Positions 9,906 through 20,105 of a stretch of DNA of 64,000 nucleotides are shown one piece after another. The notes under the pieces were generated by a model. It was not told the origin of the DNA. It saw only the letters and a program-made list of their open reading frames with translations, and did not search any database. The stretch spans positions 1 through 64,000 of the forward strand of contig JBEKGO010000003.1 in assembly GCA_050012755.1 (NCBI GenBank). The letters run 5' to 3'. This DNA comes from Candidatus Bathyarchaeia archaeon. GTDB taxonomy: Archaea; Thermoproteota; Bathyarchaeia; Bathyarchaeales; Bathycorpusculaceae. A program made the translations under genes and the position numbers. Each line of letters starts with the position of its first letter. The stretch's first letter is position 1.

Positions 9906-11351
9906 ATGAAAACGACTGTTGCTGTACTAGATAAAGAGGGCGATAATGTTGTTGAGCGAGTTCTTGATATTCTCAACACGCTCAGTGGCAGGCAGCCTTC
10001 ACATTTTGGGTTGGTCTCCCCAAAGAAAATTGTTATCGAGAAAAGCCCAGGCATTCTTAGCAGGCAAGGCATAGAGTCTTCAACAGCCGTCGGCTATGTT
10101 TCTTCAAAGCCTGCAGTATCAAGTGGTTATGAATTTTTACAGTTAGAAGATGCGGCACTTGTTTTTGAAGGCAGAGTCTACTCCCCAATACCAAAAACGG
10201 CAGTTATGGAAACGCTAGCCATGGAACCGCTCCACTGCGAAGCCCTCCTGCAAACATTAATGACGAATTCAGATGGAGATTACTCTTTTCTAATGGCTAA
10301 AGACGGCTTAATTGGAGCCGGAAGGGACCCTGTAGGAGTTCAACCGTTATATTACGGCGAAAATAAAAGCATCGCCGCATTAGCGACAAACCGTAAAGCT
10401 TTATGGCTGCTAGGCTTAGAAAACCCAGTATCTTTTCCACCTGGAAACATCGGCTTTTTGAACCGCGAAGGTTTCAAGTTTAAACCAGTTAAGACCCTGA
10501 TTTTTACAGAGCCTGAATCGATAACGATGGATGACGCGGCAAAGAGGCTTCAAGCTCTTCTTGAAGAATCAATCAAACGACGCACAAGAGGGCTCAAAGA
10601 TGTTGCCGTAGCCTTTTCAGGAGGATTAGACAGCAGCATAGTCGCCTACCTGGCAAACAAACTTGGATTGAAAGTTAACTTGTTTCACGTAAGTATGGAA
10701 AATCAGCCTGAAACCGAAGAAGCAATTGAAGCATCGGAAAAACTAGATTTGCCCCTTCAAGTCGATTTATTCAAAGATTCTGATCTCGAAAACACCTTAC
10801 CCCAAGTCGTAGCCCTCATTGAGGAGCCTGATCCGATTAAAGCCAGCATCGGTTTGCCGTTTTATTGGTTAGCTGAAAAAGTCTCTGAAGCTCGTTTCCA
10901 CGTAATGTTAGCTGGGCAAGGAGCAGATGAATTGTTCGGAGGATACCAACGTTACGTCAAAGAATACTGTAAAGATGGCGTTGAAAAAGTAAGAAAAACA
11001 ATGTTCGACGATGTGGCCAATATTTTCGAGAGCAACCTTGAACGAGACCTCAAAATTACAGGTTACTTTGATGTTGAGCTCCGTTTGCCTTTCGCATCTT
11101 TTGATGTTGCAGAGTTCGCTTTAACTTTGCCCATTGAATGCAAAATGGAGCCCAAAGAAGACACATTGAGAAAGCTGGTGTTGCGGAAGATAGCTTTGAA
11201 CGTTGGATTGCCACGACTGCTGGTGGATAAACCAAAGAAAGCGGTTCAGTACTCCACAGGAATTAACGATGCCATAAAGCGCGTAGCAAAAAAACAAGAC
11301 AAAACAGTCAACCAATACATAAGCGAGTTACTGGAAAAATCCAAACGCTAA
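9906..11351 (+). CDS. asparagine synthetase B-like protein
   Basis: RDPVGVQPLYY, AFSGGLDSS, GQGADELFGGY and KKAVQYSTG; no N-terminal Cys. Confidence 0.85.
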   Translation: MKTTVAVLDKEGDNVVERVLDILNTLSGRQPSHFGLVSPKKIVIEKSPGILSRQGIESSTAVGYVSSKPAVSSGYEFLQLEDAALVFEGRVYSPIPKTAVMETLAMEPLHCEALLQTLMTNSDGDYSFLMAKDGLIGAGRDPVGVQPLYYGENKSIAALATNRKALWLLGLENPVSFPPGNIGFLNREGFKFKPVKTLIFTEPESITMDDAAKRLQALLEESIKRRTRGLKDVAVAFSGGLDSSIVAYLANKLGLKVNLFHVSMENQPETEEAIEASEKLDLPLQVDLFKDSDLENTLPQVVALIEEPDPIKASIGLPFYWLAEKVSEARFHVMLAGQGADELFGGYQRYVKEYCKDGVEKVRKTMFDDVANIFESNLERDLKITGYFDVELRLPFASFDVAEFALTLPIECKMEPKEDTLRKLVLRKIALNVGLPRLLVDKPKKAVQYSTGINDAIKRVAKKQDKTVNQYISELLEKSKR

Positions 11352-11442
11352 ATCATTACCAATTAATGCTATCTTCAATTCTTTTCGATCTCGTCTAGTT
11401 GAATGAAATCGCAAAATTTGCTACTTGACCAACAGTTAGTAG

Positions 11443-11577
11443 CGGGCGGGAAGGGATTTGACCCTCGACCCCCAACTTAAGAGACTGGTGCTCTATCCAG
11501 ACCGAGCCGCTTAGAACTAAGTACCAGCCACTTAGCCAACTCTAAGGACTCAGTTATCCGTACTGAGCTACTCGCCC
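11443..11577 (-). tRNA. degenerate tRNA with a roughly 60-nt D-loop intron; anticodon reads CTT, possibly a decayed tRNA-Arg; probable att site
   Basis: Minus strand reads GGGCGAG TA GCTC AGTACGGATA [insert] GAGC A CCAGT CTCTTAA GTTGG GGGTC GAGGG TCAAAT CCCTT CCCGCCC G. The T-loop lacks one T, there is one acceptor mismatch, and the insert is a stem-loop closed by a BHB-like motif. Confidence 0.7.
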
Positions 11578-12530
11578 AACAGGAAATAAACACAACACTA
11601 AGAATAGAAAAACTTTTGCTACATTTAGAGGGGAAAGGCAAAAGCGAAAACACATTATCGGCAGTAAGAAAGAACCTGACAATCCTAGCAAAAAAGGCAG
11701 ACTTAGACAATCCACAAGAAATCGAATTAGCAATAGCCCGATATAAAAAAGTAAACGGGCAACCAGCAAGCAACGCATACAAAGCAAAATTATGCGATTG
11801 CTACCAACACTATTGCAAATTCAATAAAGCAATCTGGGAAAAACCAATCTATCATCCAGAAGAGAAAGCAATCCAGCCACCAACAGATGAACAATGCCAA
11901 ATACTAATCGCATAATTCAAAGGCGAATTATCACTTAAAATCCAAGTCAGCATTGAAACAGGATTAAGACCTTGCGAGATAATGGGCAAAAAAGGATTAA
12001 AAGCGAAAGATATACACACAGAACAACATACCATTACACCAGTAAGCGCAAAAGGATGCAACGCAAGACCAGCACCAAAGATAAGCGAAGAACTAACTTT
12101 TAGACTATCTAAATGGATGGCTCAAAAAGGAATCAAATCAGAAGAACTGATTTTTACAGGGCACGAAAGACGATATGGCGAACATTACCGCAGAGCACGA
12201 AATCGATTAGCAGACAAACTAAGTAGACCAGAGCTTAGAGCCATAAGACTTTATGACTTAAGACACTATTACGTAACCAAAATTCTACGCAAAATACAAA
12301 ACGCTGAAATCGTACGTCAAACAGTCGGACACAAACGACTAAACACAACTCAAAGATACATGCACTTATTAGCCAACTCCAATTCGGGTGAATGGGTTGT
12401 TGAATCAACACAAGACCAAAAACTCGCCCGATCCCCGGCACCGGCGCCCGTTTCATCCAACATTAAACAAATTCGACCATCTCTTTTGGAACTACAAGCA
12501 GAGAAAAACAAAGGATCACGCAACTTCTAA
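11481..12530 (+). pseudogene. tyrosine recombinase/integrase, disrupted by an in-frame TAA (11913-11915) and apparently C-terminally truncated
   Basis: ORFs 11616-11915 and 11982-12530 share a frame. Read-through gives ETGLRPCEI...SAKG...LYDLRHYY...VGHKRLNTTQRY. The frame stays open upstream to 11481 across the antisense of the tRNA. Confidence 0.88.
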
Positions 12531-12694
12531 GCTCCTTTCTCGTTCATACTTGGCTTTTTCTCATTTTTGCGCTCCACAGGATTATCATAATAACTCAGTT
12601 GTTGCCATTGCGTTAGTTGCTTGGCAACCAAACTGTTTCCGCCTCCAGGTGTAGTCGCTGGTTTTATTTCATTAACTTGTTTAAACAAGTTTGG

Positions 12695-14044
12695 TCATTT
12701 GTAACTAAAGACATTCAGGTCGCCTGCAACAAAAACCTGTTTGTCGCCTGCAACGGGGGCAAGGACATAATGGTCAAAATGCTGATTTTCTTCAACAAAA
12801 CCCGATGATTGATTAATGATCATGAGGTCACTGCCTGAAGTTAAGAAGACTTTGTTGTTGAGTAACGTCAATCCAAGTTCAGTAGTCGGAACATTTCCGC
12901 TGCCCGAAATTGAAACGTTTTGTGAGATAGCCGTTTTCCATAAGACGTGACCAGATGTTAAATCCAAACTGCACACAATTCCCTTGTATATGTCTGTTCC
13001 ACCCCAGCCGTTCTGGGAAAAGGTGAAAGCCCAAAACGCACTTTTACTTTGTTCGTCAATTTGAACCAGTGAAACTGAGGGTGTCAAGGGATAGTGTACA
13101 TCTTGGCCGGGGAGGTTTTCTTGGCCGTTTTGATCGGTAACATGGGTTTTCCAAGCTATGCTGCCGTCAGAGAGATGCAACGCGTAAAAGTTTCCATCAT
13201 AAGCCCCAAAGAGAACAAGTCCATTGTACAATGTTGGCTGATACATTTTTGATTGAACATCAAAATGCCAAATGTTTTCTCCATTTGATGCGTTAACGCA
13301 AAGCATAACTTGTCCCTCTTCTGCGCTGCCATTTGCATTGTAATTCCATAGGATTACTTTGTCTTGAACTATAACTGCGGGGTCACTGGCATCGCCGTTA
13401 ACTTGCCAAATAATACTTCCGTTATTTGGGTTGAATCGAATTGTTCGTTGAATAAAAACCGGGTTAATGTCTGTTGATGAGTAACTTGTGTTGCCAACTG
13501 TCAAGCCTAATTCTCCAGATTTCCAAAACAAGTCTCCATTGCTTACGTTAAAGACACCCCAGCCGTTCTGAGAAACAAATATTCGTCCCTCGGAAACAAA
13601 GAATTGTTGCGGCGCTTGTTTCTGGCCCCAGGAGGTAGTGGCTGGTGCAGTAAAACTTAGGGGCAACAATTTGCCTGAAGTTTCGCTTAACGTGTCGACC
13701 GCGCCGCCACCTGCTCCGACATATACTATGCCTTTAGATACGGTGATTAGGTGGGCGTTTGACGTCCAGTCTCCTACATTTGTAGTCCAAATAACATTAC
13801 CAGTGGGTGCATCTAGGCATTTCACGTTGCCTGGATTGTCTGTAACAAATACTTTTCCATCGTCAAATGCTAATGCAGTGGCAAAATTGTCGAGATTGTT
13901 TTTCCAATTATTGCTTTGAGATTTTAGTGGAAATGTATTGTCTAATAAGACAAACGAAGTAATCACTAATAAGGCGACTATAGCTCCGAAAATGGAAATG
14001 GCAAGTTTCTTTCTCATATGAACATCTATGTTGGAATCAAGCAA
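12695..14044 (-). CDS. PQQ-like/BamB-type beta-propeller protein with N-terminal membrane anchor
   Basis: Repeated 'LDAPTGNVIW', 'VNASNGENIW' and 'LSDGSIAW' motifs; hydrophobic N-terminus. Confidence 0.85.
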   Translation of the reverse strand: MLDSNIDVHMRKKLAISIFGAIVALLVITSFVLLDNTFPLKSQSNNWKNNLDNFATALAFDDGKVFVTDNPGNVKCLDAPTGNVIWTTNVGDWTSNAHLITVSKGIVYVGAGGGAVDTLSETSGKLLPLSFTAPATTSWGQKQAPQQFFVSEGRIFVSQNGWGVFNVSNGDLFWKSGELGLTVGNTSYSSTDINPVFIQRTIRFNPNNGSIIWQVNGDASDPAVIVQDKVILWNYNANGSAEEGQVMLCVNASNGENIWHFDVQSKMYQPTLYNGLVLFGAYDGNFYALHLSDGSIAWKTHVTDQNGQENLPGQDVHYPLTPSVSLVQIDEQSKSAFWAFTFSQNGWGGTDIYKGIVCSLDLTSGHVLWKTAISQNVSISGSGNVPTTELGLTLLNNKVFLTSGSDLMIINQSSGFVEENQHFDHYVLAPVAGDKQVFVAGDLNVFSYK

Positions 14045-14246
14045 GATGTTTACAATAAAAGGTTTCTCGTAAAGGTCTCTTGACTGAATTTAGTCAAGGT
14101 TTCTTGACGGGACTGTGGCTTTTTGGTTTAGGTTTCTTGAATGGCTTTTCGCTTTTTTCGTTACTGCAATTTGGCTGGGAATCTATTTGTCTTCTATTTC
14201 ATTAAGCCCCACCAAACTGTGAAGCAGGTGTTGGCACAAATTTTAT

Positions 14247-14448
14247 TCGTTCAAAACACGCAAGTACACGTCAAGTATGCGCAAATTCACGTCAAAACAC
14301 TGCAGAAACACGTCAGATTTCTTCACAACTTCAAAAACAAAACGCCGCCCTCTCCAAGCTTTCGCTAATCAGAGCCTATTCCAAGCTTCTCTCAAAATGG
14401 CGCAGCGCAAAATTGAAGAAAAAGCTTCAAATCAAAATTTTAATTTTC
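14247..14448 (+). repeat. dispersed repeat of about 200 bp, copy 1 (inverted copy at about 42.33-42.53 kb)
   Basis: High visible identity to the reverse complement of 42330-42526; contains three CACGTCA at 21-bp spacing. Confidence 0.9.
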
Positions 14449-14491
14449 CAATAAGGAATGCAGATTTCAAAACCTATACGCTGAACTCGAT

Positions 14492-15811
14492 CTAAGGGGT
14501 CAGCCTTGCTCGATCTCGCGGGTACAGGGTTACTTCTCGGATGTTCTTTTTTCCAGTTAGAATCATGGTTAATCGTTCAAGCCCGATAGCCCAACCAGCG
14601 TGAGGTGGCATTCCATAGTCGAAGGCTTGTAGATGATATTTGAAGGATTCAGGGTTAAGTCCTTTCTCTTGCATTCTCTGCATTAACTGATCTTTTTGGT
14701 TAATTCTTGTGCCGCCCGACACCAGCTCTATGTAGCGCCACATTAAATCGAAGCCTTCGCAGACTTCTGGTTTGTCATCGCAGGGTTTAATGTAAAAAGC
14801 CTTTGCATGGGTCGGCCAGTCGGTTATGAAGTAGAAGAATGGGTAGAGTTTGGCGAGTTCTCGTTTTGCCTCTGTTGGAATGTCTTCGCCCCATGGAATC
14901 GCTACGCCTTGCCCTTTGAGGTCTTCTAGCACCTGAGTGTATGTTAAACGTTTGAAGGGGACCTCAGGCACTTCGAACTTGTATTTTAACGCAGAAAGCT
15001 CAGTTACGCATTTTTCTCTTACTGTTACGCAGGCATGGTGAATGACTTGTTCCAGAAGTGCCATGACATCTTGAGCGTTAGCAAAAGCCTGTTCAATATC
15101 TACAGATGTGAACTCGCTAAGGTGTCTGCGAGTATGCGATTCTTCAGCCCTAAAAAATGGACCTACCTCAAACACTTTCTCAAAACTCAACGTTAGTTCT
15201 TCTTTGTAGAGCTGTGGGCTTTGGGCAAGGTAGGCTTTTTGATCAAAATATTTAACGGAGAAAAGTTCCGCGCCGCCTTCAGTTGCTGATGCTATAATGC
15301 GTGGCGTGTGAACTTCCAAAAATCCCTTCTCAAACAAATAGTCTCTAATTGCGTTGAGTGCGGTATGCTGAATTTTGAAAGCTGCTAACACTTTATTCTG
15401 CGTCAGATCTAAGGCTCTTGCATCTAAACGAACCTCAATATTAGCAGGAGTTTTACCTGTAATGTCAATTGGCAAAGCTTCAATGGCGGTGCTTAAGATT
15501 TTGATAGAGCTGGGGATTACTTCTATTCCTCTTGGCGTCATGTTAGTTTTTTTAACTGAGCCTTTTACAGCTAAGCTGAATCTTTTCTGCAGTAAATCTG
15601 ATTTAGCTAAAACTTCTGCCGCTATTCTTTTTTTAGGAATGGTTATTTGGATGGTTCCTTCGCGGTCTTGCAATATGATAAAGCGGATGCCGCCTAAATC
15701 GCGGATTTCTTGAACCCAACCGAAAAGAGTGACTTCTTGACCGTCAATTTCAGGCGTTACGTTGCTTGAATAGTGAGTTCTAGTCCATTCACCAAGAGGG
15801 TCCACGTTCAT
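14492..15811 (-). CDS. aspS: aspartyl-tRNA synthetase (archaeal type, probably non-discriminating)
   Basis: GWVQEIRDLG, YLAQSPQLYK, FRAEESHTRRH and GMPPHAGWAIGLER motifs. Confidence 0.93.
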   Translation of the reverse strand: MNVDPLGEWTRTHYSSNVTPEIDGQEVTLFGWVQEIRDLGGIRFIILQDREGTIQITIPKKRIAAEVLAKSDLLQKRFSLAVKGSVKKTNMTPRGIEVIPSSIKILSTAIEALPIDITGKTPANIEVRLDARALDLTQNKVLAAFKIQHTALNAIRDYLFEKGFLEVHTPRIIASATEGGAELFSVKYFDQKAYLAQSPQLYKEELTLSFEKVFEVGPFFRAEESHTRRHLSEFTSVDIEQAFANAQDVMALLEQVIHHACVTVREKCVTELSALKYKFEVPEVPFKRLTYTQVLEDLKGQGVAIPWGEDIPTEAKRELAKLYPFFYFITDWPTHAKAFYIKPCDDKPEVCEGFDLMWRYIELVSGGTRINQKDQLMQRMQEKGLNPESFKYHLQAFDYGMPPHAGWAIGLERLTMILTGKKNIREVTLYPRDRARLTP

Positions 15812-15827
15812 TGTTTCTCGCCAATCC

Positions 15828-16358
15828 CTAATCTGCAATTTCAACGCGTAAAGACATTTTACGTACTTTGCTAGCTATTTCCTTTAAAGCCTTAACGTCA
15901 AAAGGCAACTGTGCGCCGCGTTTCCGTTTAAGGATAACTCGGGTTTCAGTAGTTCCGTCTGGAAGCCAAATAGTGTTTATTGTTAGTATACTGAAGGGTA
16001 TGAACAAGTCTTCTAGGAATTTGCGGTCGTCAACACCATATTCCAAAACTTTAATGTTCTTGCCTGTTTCATCGCCTATCGTCTTGATGATTTTGCCGCT
16101 ATAACCTAAAAGTTTCGGTACATCCCCATGTCCAACTATAATGGCTAAGGTTTTTTCTACATCAACTGCCTTGTAAAAGTAGACGTTTTGCAGGGAAGGA
16201 TACTTTTCTTCCAGCGAAAGTAGTAAACGAGCTATTTTTAAATCTACGTTGCTGATTTCGCCAGACTTTACTTTAGATGAACACTTTTGGCATAGTATGC
16301 CGCTTTTTAAGCAGAAACTGCATAGTTCCGTTTTCATTGTTTTGTCGTTATCCTGCAA
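15828..16358 (-). CDS. archaeal NusA-like KH protein with N-terminal Zn finger
   Basis: CSFCLKSGILCQKC, a KH-like segment and INTIWLPDG; adjacent to aspS and alba. Confidence 0.75.
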   Translation of the reverse strand: MQDNDKTMKTELCSFCLKSGILCQKCSSKVKSGEISNVDLKIARLLLSLEEKYPSLQNVYFYKAVDVEKTLAIIVGHGDVPKLLGYSGKIIKTIGDETGKNIKVLEYGVDDRKFLEDLFIPFSILTINTIWLPDGTTETRVILKRKRGAQLPFDVKALKEIASKVRKMSLRVEIAD

Positions 16359-16382
16359 AGTGAGGAGCTAGCGGTTTTGTAA

Positions 16383-16673
16383 TTATCTAACCAATGTTAT
16401 TTCTATTGTGCTTACGTTAGTTGCAGAGGCGCCTTCTTCTTCTGATTCAAATTGGTCTGTCCCAATTCCAATGCTTTTGATTTTTACGTCCGGCAGAAAT
16501 CTGTGTCTGACAACTTCAGCAACATCTATTGCTCGACTGATTGACCTGCCCCGGGCTTTTATGCTGACTTCTTTTGCCCCGCCATGAAAGAAAGTGATGC
16601 ATGCGAGTACATAGTTCATTATTGGTTTTTTGCCGATTAAGACTGTGCTGCTTTCTGTCACGCCTCGCTTCAC
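16383..16673 (-). CDS. albA: DNA/RNA-binding protein Alba
   Basis: [14 protein letters not shown] and [16 protein letters not shown] motifs. Confidence 0.95.
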   Translation of the reverse strand: MKRGVTESSTVLIGKKPIMNYVLACITFFHGGAKEVSIKARGRSISRAIDVAEVVRHRFLPDVKIKSIGIGTDQFESEEEGASATNVSTIEITLVR

Positions 16674-16909
16674 TCCTAGTTTACTTTTTAAGTGGCTTCA
16701 GTAAAGATTTTTCTGAAAATAAATACATTGTGGTACATGCTTTACGTTCTAGCTGAACATTTGCACAATCCTTACTGTTGTACCGATGTGGTTTTGACTG
16801 TCGGGTCCCGCGCCTTATTGTAGATGTACCGTTCTAACAATCGTTTCGGCATTAAATTCTTAAGCAACCTCACTATTGTAAAGGTTTAACTTAACAAACT
16901 GACACAAAA

Positions 16910-17374
16910 GTGACCAATTTGGAACCATTAACTAAACGTTCAATTCAACTCCTAAAAACACTCTATGAGAAAGGAAAATCCACAAATACCTACACGTTAA
17001 GGATTAAACAAGACGAGTTATCAAACCAATTAGGCGTCAGTAGGCAAGCATTAAACGTACACCTACGTAAACTCAAAAACCGCGGGTACATTCGAACCGG
17101 AAGAGGATTCATTGATGTTACCGATAAAGGTTTAAATGCTCTTGGCGTATCCACAACCCCAGCCTTTATTCTCTTAAAAGTTGCGCCAATTAAACGAATT
17201 CACGTTTACGACCAAATTCGCGAGCTTGCTGTTTCTAGAGCGTTCCGCATCGCAGGCGAAGTGGATGCCTTAATTATTGTTGAACGGGATAATCTTGATG
17301 AAATATTAAAGAAACTCTACAATATCGACGGAATAGAAGACACACGCTCCTATGTCACCATAGAAGAAATTTAA
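16910..17374 (+). CDS. Lrp/AsnC-family transcription regulator
   Basis: N-terminal wHTH (QDELSNQLGVSRQALNVHLRKL) plus a C-terminal AsnC ligand-binding-like domain. Confidence 0.8.
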   Translation: MTNLEPLTKRSIQLLKTLYEKGKSTNTYTLRIKQDELSNQLGVSRQALNVHLRKLKNRGYIRTGRGFIDVTDKGLNALGVSTTPAFILLKVAPIKRIHVYDQIRELAVSRAFRIAGEVDALIIVERDNLDEILKKLYNIDGIEDTRSYVTIEEI

Positions 17375-17560
17375 TAATTTCTCAATTATACGCCTATCAA
17401 CGAAGCACTGAGCATCAGAAGTTTAGCAAACATCATCAACACCTTACTCGCTGGTTTAGGCGCTTAATTTTTAGTTTTTTGTAAATTGTAAAGTTCAGAC
17501 AAAAGGTATATTTGATACTTAACCATCAAAGACTTAGCCAAAATAGAAGGTTAACAATAA

Positions 17561-17722
17561 ATGCCAATATTAGATCCAGTAAAAAAAGCCATTGCGCAAC
17601 AGCACAGGTTGTACATGAAAATCTGCAGAGACTGCGGTTCACGCAACGCTTCAACCGCAATAAAATGCAGAAAGTGCAAGGGTAAAAACCTACGCTGGAA
17701 GAAGCGAGAAATAGTAAAGTAA
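17561..17722 (+). CDS. rpl40e: 50S ribosomal protein L40e (absent from the ORF track)
   Basis: Manual translation MPILDPVKKAIAQQHRLYMKICRDCGSRNASTAIKCRKCKGKNLRWKKREIVK. Confidence 0.92.
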   Translation: MPILDPVKKAIAQQHRLYMKICRDCGSRNASTAIKCRKCKGKNLRWKKREIVK

Positions 17723-18158
17723 CGGGGTTCTTTTCTTTTATTTTGTTTCTTAGTAAAACAACTGGTTTCCAAAAATTCTAACAAGCCACTCTACAGTGTT
17801 TAGGTTTTTCAAGAATTAAATGGGGACTTTAGGTAATTCCCATTGCTTGTCTCAATTTTACCAGCAACTCTTGCCCATTTGGGCTATGCATCGATCATTG
17901 ACATCAATCTAGCTAAACCGCAAATTCTGGAGGTGGAAAAGTCTTAGTTTTGGACAATGGGCTTCCGGATTACCTGCCTTTTTCTTTGCAGAAATGTGAA
18001 TGTAGTCCTGATTCTGGATATTTTTCTTCCTCCGTAATATTTTTTGGTTTTTTGAGTTTGCTTTTGGTGGCAAATTACATCAGAGGTTACATTGAGCTCG
18101 TTAAAATTACGAGCTTTGCTTGATCTCGCTTTCTTTACGAGTGACTCGTCGATGATGA

Positions 18159-18773
18159 CTATAGAGCGTTTGCGAGTGTTTCCACGTTGAAAACGGTGTT
18201 TGCACAGCCATTCTTAATCAACGGTATCGCTTGAGCTGGAAGACCAATAGTGTTCAAAAACGGTCCAAACATTTTGATTTCTTCTCCACAAGCAACACCT
18301 ACTACGCCTTCATAATTGGTGTTTTTCAAAATTTTAGGAATACATGAGCCGCCTGGTACTACGTAAACGTCATAACCTTTTTTCGCAGCCAATTTGCTGG
18401 ACTGATTTACTAAGCAATCTTCCGAACAGTGCCCACATGTATATGACGGTATATCTGCGTTGAAAGCAGCTTTGCACCGGCTGTCCAAGTACTTTCTTGA
18501 GCAGTGAGGCAGGAAAAGAGCTCTGTTCTTGGTCTGCAAGAATTTACTGCGTTCAATCATATTGACCGCTTGAACATCGATGAAATCCTGAAGAAGAACT
18601 ATTGCGTCATTAATATTAAGTCCGGTAGCTTCCTCAATTCTAAATTTAATGATGAGGTTTTGTAGCTTATCAAGCAGGCTTTTATGCATGCCCTTCTGAT
18701 AGCTTACCGTGGCAATTTCTGTGAAGAAAAAACGTGGAACCTTTGAAAGGTCGAAGGTAAACCTGTAGGGCAT
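18159..18773 (-). CDS. DUF116-family Cys-rich protein
   Basis: LFLPHC...CGHC...VVPGGS...GVVGVAC pattern. Confidence 0.8.
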   Translation of the reverse strand: MPYRFTFDLSKVPRFFFTEIATVSYQKGMHKSLLDKLQNLIIKFRIEEATGLNINDAIVLLQDFIDVQAVNMIERSKFLQTKNRALFLPHCSRKYLDSRCKAAFNADIPSYTCGHCSEDCLVNQSSKLAAKKGYDVYVVPGGSCIPKILKNTNYEGVVGVACGEEIKMFGPFLNTIGLPAQAIPLIKNGCANTVFNVETLANAL

Positions 18774-18816
18774 GCCTTAGGATAGATATTCCGTGCTTAA
18801 AAGAATAACTGTGTCT

Positions 18817-19110
18817 CTAATGGAAATCAGCGGGGGTTTTTTCAGTATTTAACCCTAAAAGCTTTCTTATGGCCGTAATTTGCTCACGCAGCTGCTTAAC
18901 CTCAGCTTCCAAGCTGCTAGCTCGCGATTCAGCGTTCTTCTTGAAGCTTTCTAAACTCCCGCTTTGAAACTCAGGTTTTGCATATAAGTTTTCTATTTTT
19001 TGATGTAAGTCCAATAAACTCTGTTTAAGTCCCGACTGTATCTGCCTAAGCTCAACAACTAACTCTTCTATTTTTGGCGAATCCAGTTTTGCCTTGTCTG
19101 ACTTAGCCAT
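18817..19110 (-). CDS. hypothetical coiled-coil protein
   Basis: 97-aa heptad-rich ORF downstream of tfb. Confidence 0.6.
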   Translation of the reverse strand: MAKSDKAKLDSPKIEELVVELRQIQSGLKQSLLDLHQKIENLYAKPEFQSGSLESFKKNAESRASSLEAEVKQLREQITAIRKLLGLNTEKTPADFH

Positions 19111-19145
19111 TGGCTGAACCTGACTTAAACAAGAGAAAAAAGGAA

Positions 19146-20105
19146 TTAGATGCTTATTTGGAACATTAAACGCTCAACAAGTTCCTTGTACCTGTTCCGA
19201 ATAGTAACTTCAGTAACCTGGGCAATTTCGGCGATTTCCCTCTGAGTTTTCCTCTCCCCAGTAAGTACTGAGGCTACGTAGCTTGCTGCTGCGGCGATTC
19301 CTGTTGGTCCTCTTCCTGAGGTGAGTTTCAGCTCTTTTGCCGCCGCCAAGATTTTGTGGGCGATTTCTTCGACTTTTCCCTGCATCGTCAGTTGGTTAGA
19401 AAACTTTGTTATGTATTGGCTCGGCCTAAGCGGTGGAATTGAATAGTTTAGTTCTCTGATGAGGAAACGATAGCTTCTACCAACTTCCTTTTTGTTCACT
19501 GTTGAAGATTGAGCTATTTCATCTAAAGTTCGCGGTAACCCACATTGTCTACACGCCAAGTAAATCGCTGCTGACGTGACACCTTGAATTGATCTGCCTC
19601 GGATTAAACGTTCTTTCACCGCCTTTCGGTAAATCACGGAGGCTGTTTCAAGAATGTTTTTTGGCAAATTCAAGTTGTTAGAAATCTTTGTAATTTCAGA
19701 CAATGCAAACGCCAAATTCCGCTCTGTAGCATCTGAAACTCTGATGCGTCTCTGCCATTTTCTAAGACGGTAAACTTGCGCTTTCTGCCCTGGCGAGAGG
19801 CTTTTACCGTAAATGTCGCGGTCATGCCAATCGATAGTTGTTGACAAACCTTTATCGTGGATCGTATAGGTTAAGGGTGCCCCAACTCTGGTGCGCTTTG
19901 ATCTTTGCTCGTCATCAAAAGCTCTCCATTCAGGTCCCCGATCAGTTATTTTGGCTGCTATTACGAAACCGCAGTCCATACATACTATTTCGGCGCATTC
20001 ATAATCACGCATAAGCCGGGTGCTGCCACATTCAGGGCACGATTGAATCTTTGTTGGTTCTGTTTTTGGTGTTTGGTCTGTTTCTAACTTGCTGTCTCTG
20101 CTCAT
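19146..20105 (-). CDS. tfb: transcription initiation factor IIB
   Basis: Zn ribbon CPECG...CMDCG, GPEWRAF and cyclin repeats. Confidence 0.97.
   Translation of the reverse strand: MSRDSKLETDQTPKTEPTKIQSCPECGSTRLMRDYECAEIVCMDCGFVIAAKITDRGPEWRAFDDEQRSKRTRVGAPLTYTIHDKGLSTTIDWHDRDIYGKSLSPGQKAQVYRLRKWQRRIRVSDATERNLAFALSEITKISNNLNLPKNILETASVIYRKAVKERLIRGRSIQGVTSAAIYLACRQCGLPRTLDEIAQSSTVNKKEVGRSYRFLIRELNYSIPPLRPSQYITKFSNQLTMQGKVEEIAHKILAAAKELKLTSGRGPTGIAAAASYVASVLTGERKTQREIAEIAQVTEVTIRNRYKELVERLMFQISI

Noticed and set aside
11913-11915. Programmed stop-codon read-through in the integrase
   Set aside because: The stop is TAA rather than TAG/TGA, and neighbouring decay points to pseudogenisation.
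14141-14495. Short ORFs over the 200-bp repeat (also 42401-42637)
   Set aside because: Only the repeat portion is shared and their starts differ; treated as non-coding pending dN/dS.
18095-18115. AGCTCGT-N7-ACGAGCT inverted repeat
   Set aside because: A single short hairpin downstream of convergent genes; no further support.
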